A stretch of 64,000 nucleotides of DNA from Vicugna vicugna (taxonomy: Eukaryota): positions 1,193,513-1,257,512 of the forward strand of contig MU057989.1 in NCBI GenBank assembly GCA_013265495.1, read 5' to 3'. The notes below the pieces were generated by a model. That model was not told the DNA's origin, did not search any database, and worked only from the letters and a program-made list of their open reading frames with translations. The position numbers were made by a program, and so were the translations under genes. Below, piece after piece: positions 57,816 through 64,000 of the stretch; the first letter of the stretch is position 1, and every line of letters begins with the position of its first letter.

Positions 57816-60800
57816 CTGGGGGGAAAGAGGGCCAGTTGTGGGATGAAGGCAGCCATTGTGGGCTGTGAGCCTCATGACCCCAGATAGGGCCTCAGGCTGG
57901 CACAGCAGTGGCCAGGAGCGACGTGGCTCCTCCAGGTGCCTGCAGCCTCGTCCCCCACAGCCCTCTATCCCTTCTCCCTGTGCTACTGACATGCTGAGCA
58001 CACCCCACGTCCCACTCTTCCTTTCCCAGGGTCCTCTGTCTGCCCAGCTGCTTCACTGCAGGACAGTGCAGGACCCCGGGCACAGCCAAGCCTCCCCCTC
58101 TTTCTGCAGCTTAGCCCTGATCTCCTCCCCAGACTCAGTAGCTCCAGGAAGCCCCCACATATGCTCTGTCCCTGGTCCCTCCTCAGCCAGCCTACCAGGC
58201 CCGGGAAGGCAAGCAGGGTGCTGGAACCGGGGACTCCCTCCATCCCCACCCAACACAGTCAGCCCGGGCGCCCTTGGGGGCCGTCTCCTCAGTTACCCTG
58301 CTCCTGTGTCTTGACAGCACATGAGGCTCAGAACTCCCCTCAGTGCTGTCTTTGAGCCCCATGCCCCAGCCTGGGTCAGGGGCCGGGAGCCTGGGCTCCT
58401 TTGCTGCTGTGCTTGTCTGGTCTCCAGGTTGGTTCTCTGACCCCCTGTTCCCGAGGTGGGGCCCTGGGGAGGGGCGGAGGCTGGCAGCAAGAGCCCAGGC
58501 TGGAAGACCCCAGTGCCTCTGTTGCTTTGTGGTTTCTGCCTCAGCCAACAGCCAGTCACTGCCCAGGGACTTACTCCTCCTTCTCCTCCCAGGCCCAGCA
58601 GGGCCCCTTGGCAGCCCCCAGACCTGTAAGTACTGCCTTCCAGGCCCAGAGGTGGGGGGAGTGGGGCACCCAGGAGAACTTGGACACGTGCCTTGATCTG
58701 TTTGTCTCCTGCTCCTGGTCTTCTGGTCTTGGTCTTACATCCCTGGGGACCAGTGGGCCAGGAACCCCATTCCAACGCTGACACTCACCCTCAAACAGAA
58801 CCCCGTCCTCACTGTGGTCCCTGTGGTCAGAAGTGACCCAGCTGTGGCAGCTGCCTCCATCCCTCTTCCAGGCAACAGAGGGCCCAGCCCACCCCATCCC
58901 CTGCCCAGCTAGCTGCCCACCTCCCCTCCCTACCCTGCTGGAAGGGAGCCACAGAGTGGACTGGGAAGCTGGGTGGGGACCCGGGTGTCTCCACAGCTTC
59001 CTGGAGTGCCCTGGGCCGGTCACCTGTGAGTAACATAGCCTCTAATTACCTGGGGCCCGGTAGGATGAGCTGGGCTCAGAACTGCCCCTCTTGACCTGGT
59101 CTGACCACTGCTTGCTATGGGTGAGGGGACAGGCAGGGGTACAAAGTGGGCCTGTGACCCCAGGTGTCCCCCACACTGACGCTGGATCCAGTGGGGCCAG
59201 TTGCAGGTCCTTTCACAGCTCTGACCAGGCTTTCACTCACTCACTCTTTCATCCACAATCATTCATTCCTTTGGTGAGCTGGTCTGTGCCCCGCCCTCAG
59301 CAAGACCTGCAGGTGTGACCAAAGATGAGTGAACAGACCCCACCTCTGTTCTCAGAAGCTCACGGCCTAGTGTGGGAGGAAGAGACAATTCCACAGATAA
59401 ACATATGAAGGAAAAGTTCTCTGAGGACACATAGCAAGGGGCAGAAGAAACTGACTTTGGCTGGCCGCAGGGGAGGGGTGTTCCTTATGACACAAAGATT
59501 AAGGAGAAATAAACCATGTCAAGGGGAGTGTGTTCCAGGCAAAAACAGCAGCATGTGCAAAGGCGCTGTGTACACGGCCTGCTGGAGGAACAGGAGTGGA
59601 TGACATGGCTGGTGACCTGGGCAGTGAGGGTAAGGGGCTGAGGCTCAGGATGGGGTGAGTAGAGGCCACACAAAATGGGGCCTAGTATATCAGAAGGGGA
59701 GTTCTGCCTTCCTCTATCGGATGAGCAATGAAAAAATCGCACATCTTAGGTGAAGAGAGACAGGGTCAGATTTGTGCTGAGTAGAGGTCACCATGTGGAG
59801 ACAGGCAAGAAGAGTGAAAACAAGGGTCTGAGAGCAAGTGGGCTGGGAAGGAACTCCTGTTACCCTGCTTCTGCCTTGGCAAGAACTGGGGAATGGGCCT
59901 GTGGGTTTCATCACGGTATTGATGGCTCACTCATGCTCTAAACCAACCTCCTGAAGAGGCTGGACCTGGCCTCCCTGCACCCCTGCCCCATCAGCCCTAG
60001 CTGGCTGGCCCACTGACTCAGGCACTGGGGGTGCGGGGACAGGAAGTCACAGAGGGCAGGGCTAGCCTCTCTGACAGGTCAGGCCAGTCTTCCTTGCCTC
60101 AGGCAGAACTACCTGAGCAGCTCCGCCAAGCATCCTGCCCGCCACGGGCCAGGAAATGGGGTCATGGCACCCAGCCCCAAGGGTTGGCCAAGAGCTGGCC
60201 CGGGCCTGACCCCAGGCCTCGTAAAGAGAGCCAAGCCAGGTCTGGGTCTGGAATGAAGAACCAAGCTTTGACCTGGCGCAGGGCCAGGGGTGGTGAGAGC
60301 TGGCATAGGCACCTCTCCTGCTGCCATGGCATGGTGGTGGGGAGGGCTGGCCTCTGGGCCTGCCACTGGGAAGTGCTCTGACCTGAGTCTAGGGGTCTCA
60401 AAGCCATGGGAGGTCTAGAGCCCACATCCCAGAAGATGCAGAACAATGTGATATCAGGTGGGTCAGGTCGGGGAGGAGTCAGCCCCTGTTAATTCCATCA
60501 GCTTGCCGGATACTGCTGCAATTAGCACGGGAAGTACCACTGTGTGTGCCTGTTAGGAAAAGCTGCTTCAAGAGACTTCCTCTGGTTCCCCTGCCAGTGC
60601 ATCCCTCCCACTCAGACCCACCACCTAGACATCCTGCCATGGGTCCAAAGTAGACCAGGTCCCCTGGATCTGTGCCTGTCATCCAGGCTGGGCAGTGGGG
60701 AAACCCTCGGACCAAGCCCTGCCCCTACTCCCTTGCTCCCTTAGAAGCAGGTTCTAAGGGGGGGTGCTTTGAAGCCATATGAGGAAAGGATGGACAAACT

Positions 60801-62479
60801 GGGAAGGGGGTCTCCTGGAAACTGCCCTTGAACTGGATGGATAGGAGCATGGCCTGTGTGAGTCCAGGCACAAGATAGGGGTGAGGGATGGACCCTTGAG
60901 ACAGGTGAGATCTCCCTATCAGCAAGTATGGGCCCCAGAGGTGAGAGCTTCAGGAAGTCCTGTTCCTTGAGGAGAATCAGGGTGGATCCTCCTGAGGGCC
61001 TCAAGGGACACAGGGCCCAAGGGCAGAGGCACAAGGACAGCCTGACTGGAGTCACATAGTACTGACTGCAAAACTCAAAAGCTTCAGGAAATCGAGCGAG
61101 TTAAGCAGACTGCTGTGAGACAACTGGGAGTGGTGGGGACTGGGGCAATCTGTGAGTCTGGGCTCTGGTCAGAGAGGGTAGCTGCCATTTAGCCCTGGCC
61201 GAGAGTTCCTGTTCAAGGTACGCTGGAAAGTCCCTCTTTAATGTGAAGCCACTGGATTTTTTAATGCTGGCAATGGCTTCAAATTTTAAAAAACTCCCAC
61301 ACAGGCCAAATGAAACACACCTGAGGGCCAGCACTGGCCAAAGAGGGGATGTTCAGAAGTTCACAAGGCGTATCCCACACCCACGTATAACATGAAAAGC
61401 ATGAGATGCAGACCCCTGCCCATCCTGGAAGGGGCCCCGTGGGGGAGAAATCATGAGGAGGCAAACAGCTGACAGGGAAAGTTTGGGAGGTAGCTATTGC
61501 AGCTGGACCCTGCTTATCCCTGTTAGAGACTGGATACAGAAAGCATCCTGCCTTCTGGAGGTGATTGAGTCCTTCAAAATCCACGCACCACCCCCCGAGC
61601 TGGTGTGGCTCAGCCTGCCAGGACAAGCTTTCAGGCCCCCTGAGACTCGAGCTGGCCCAGCCAAAGGCCCTGGCTGCAGGATGGGCTGGAGGGAGTGGTG
61701 GGTGTCCAGGGGCTGTCTGAAAGTCAGGTGTGGAGTTGGGTCCCCAAAGGTCCTGAGACATGAGTCTGACCACAAGTGCAGAGGGGGGAGGGGAGCAAAA
61801 CGTTTTCCGGGAATCCTCCAAGGCAGGGGATTTTTCTGGACTGGTCCAGCCCCTGGCACCCTGCCCCTTCTGCCTCATCAAGGGCCACCTACTGATGGCG
61901 AGACCCAACCTCCCACTTCAGCCTAGCAACCGCCAGCACATTCTAGCCTTGAAGCTGTCAGAAACCGTGGGTAGTCGGTCACGTCCCTTTCCTGTCTCAG
62001 TCCCTTCATCTAACACATGGGGAAGGTGTCCAGGGATGCTCAAGGTCCTGAAAGCTGTCATAGCTAAAAGGACCCCAGGACTCGGATCTGGCATTGGAGA
62101 CTGTACTTTGCAGGCTGTCAGAAGGGATCTGTGTGTGTGGCCTATCCAGGAGTTTTTGAAATTGGTATTAACTACCAACAACACATTGAGAGATTTCACC
62201 TAAAAAAAAAATCCAGACTTCCAGTATCTCCTGAAAACTCTGGCAGATTGGGACAGGTCATAGGGGCTGACCCTTACACCAGGTTCCCCATTCCAGGTCT
62301 CCACAGACTCTGGGGTCCATTCCTCGAGTTTTTATCACCTTCCTGGTGTGTTACAGGCATCCAGATTTGGGACGCTTGATCTCACTCAATAGTTGCTCTT
62401 TTTTTTCCACGAAACACAGGGATCTGCCCAAGGCTATACTGCAAACTAGTGGCAGACCAGACTGTGCTGCGGGACTCTT

Positions 62480-63130
62480 GACTCCTGAAGGGATCTTTCC
62501 CGCCCGCCTGGTCGGGAGGTGGCGAGGTGAGGACCTGGCTGCTCCGCGGAATGACCCTTTCTGCGGAGAGGGAAGGCGGGTCTCTGTCCGCCCCGCCCCG
62601 GCCAATGGGGAACAGCCCCGCCCCCAGCCCGAGGCGGCCCCGCCCCCTACTCTTAAGGTGCGACCCGCCTCCCGCGAGCCGACTCCGCAGCCCAAGCCTG
62701 GGGCGGGGAGACGCGGACGCGGCTGCCTCGGGACCTCTGGACCTCGGACCCCTCCGACCGCCGGGCTGGGAAGCACTGAGGCTGCGGCCCGCCCCGCCCG
62801 GCTCCCGCCACTGCCGCTGCCGCCCGGTGAGTGTCTGCCGGGCTAGGGTACTGCGGGCGGGAACCGGGGACGCCACGGAGCGGGCTGTGCACACGCGCCG
62901 ATCACGCGCGAAGACCCTCCTCCACCTCCGCCGCGTGCACACGCACTCAGGCAGATTGTGCCCCCAGTCCGACACGATCACCTGGGCCAACCCAGGGGCG
63001 CACAGGGCCCGCCCCCTCCTCTGGCAGTCCCTGGGCGCCGACAGCCCCACCGCCGGAGTGCGCGCGCGCGTGTACGCGGCTCATGGGCCCGCGGGGCTGT
63101 GAGCAGACAAAATAAAACCCCCCCGCTTCC
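62480..63130 (+). promoter_or_regulatory. VASN: VASN promoter CpG island inside the CORO7 intron
   Basis: Tandem GC boxes 62588-62599, CCAAT 62602-62606, and CTTAAG about 28 nt before the exon start. Confidence 0.8.
62681..62826 (+). other. VASN: Vasorin non-coding exon 1 (coding exon 2 lies outside the window; 5' end approximate)
   Basis: Resembles the recalled human VASN 5'UTR (gactcc...actgaggc(t/c)gcggcc(c/t)gccccgcccggctccc...). Donor CCG|GTGAGT at 62826/62827. VASN is known to be nested antisense in CORO7. Confidence 0.85.
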
Positions 63131-64000
63131 TCCTCCCACGGCTGGGCCCTCCGGCATGACCAGTTTTATGAATCAAATCCCTTTGAGGGGATGGCCAAGC
63201 CATAGTCTTGGGTTACTTTTACTCCTGGAGTGATACAGTCTGGTTCTGGGCATGGACACCCCCAACCCGCGTCCCCGCCCCCATGCCCCTGTGCAGATCA
63301 AAGGCCTAGGGTCCTCAGGGCCCCTATCACTCGGGTCGAAGCAGGTGGGCCACACGGATGAAACCCTGGGGAGGTGGGTACAGACCTTGGCAGGCTGGGT
63401 CATACTCCAGGCATCAGGCTGCCCCATCTCTGCCTCTGCCAGGGAAGGGGCTTTGCTTAGGCTGTGAACCCAATGGCCTGGAGCCAGCCTAGTCTTTTGT
63501 GTCCCTGGGCTGGCAGCACTGAGGCCTGAGGGCTGCTGAGGTCCCCTGTGGTCACTGGCAAGCCAGCGGATTGGTGCCAACCGTTCTGCCTCCCCCTATT
63601 CGTTAACGATTACCACACCAGGGTCGCTGACAACCTCTCCCACTGGGGCTGAGGGGTGGAGTCTGAAAAGTGGTAAGGAGGAAGTGGCCCTGAATGTCCC
63701 TCTGCTTACCTTTTGCACCGAGGCCAGGTGAGGCTCTGGAAAGAGGCACCAGGACCCAGAGTCCCCCTCCCCAAACCAAGAGCTTCTAGAGCTGATGGAC
63801 TGGACTAAGTCTGAAAGGTCCCTTCCCACTAGGCTGTACTATCGGGCATTGGGGGCATAGAAGGGTGGCTGGGCAGGTGACCTCCAAGTGAGGTCAGGGG
63901 GCCCAGCAGGCCATGACGTCCAGTATGAGCCCAGCTGGGCCCAACAAGGCTAAGGCGGGTGGGTGGGGGGATGGGAGAGCATTCCCCTGAGTTTGCTGTC

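Noticed and set aside
60014-60020. AP-1 site TGACTCA upstream of VASN as a specific enhancer
   Set aside because: The heptamer occurs at least ten times in the window, so a single copy is uninformative.
1-64000. CRISPR arrays, rRNA, snoRNA or miRNA genes, intact transposase or retroviral ORFs
   Set aside because: No repeat-spacer array, no recognisable structural RNA and no intact autonomous element seen by eye. An Infernal/Rfam scan would be needed to exclude small ncRNAs.

Overview
Mammalian genomic DNA, most likely a camelid (Camelus/Vicugna), judged from a Vic-1-type tRNA-Ala-derived SINE at 18314-18498. The window is syntenic with human 16p13.3. It contains: (1) the complete GLIS2 gene on + (CpG-island non-coding exon 1 ending at 20560, six coding exons 34349-38473 giving 524 aa, AATAAA at 40568); (2) the complete PAM16 gene on - (ATG-only first coding exon at 48379-48381, five coding exons giving 124 aa, AATAAA at 41337), convergent with GLIS2; (3) the last 19 exons of CORO7 on - (57815 down to stop at 50594, ATTAAA at 49964); (4) the promoter and non-coding exon 1 of VASN on + (62681-62826), nested antisense in the large CORO7 intron. 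The first 19 kb is non-coding, with L1, MLT1, MER, MIR and L2 relics, an orphan CpG island and seven N-gaps. All exon boundaries were read by hand, are GT-AG, and are phase-consistent. Most ORFs in the supplied track are noise. No wholly new gene system is supported. The best leads are: a three-way C-terminal switch at the CORO7 acidic EDEW motif (D-stop, a 40-aa in-frame retained intron, or fusion to PAM16); a GLIS2 3'UTR stem in which a miR-21-identical octamer can pair with the miR-21 8mer site; an in-frame, stop-free 81-nt intron that splits GLIS2 zinc finger 1; convergent CTCF motifs around the GLIS2 promoter and intron 1; and apparent substitutions in conserved motifs (CORO7 GKG to GEG, GLIS2 ZF1 L to P). 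Comparisons with human proteins and repeat consensus sequences are from memory, not database searches.
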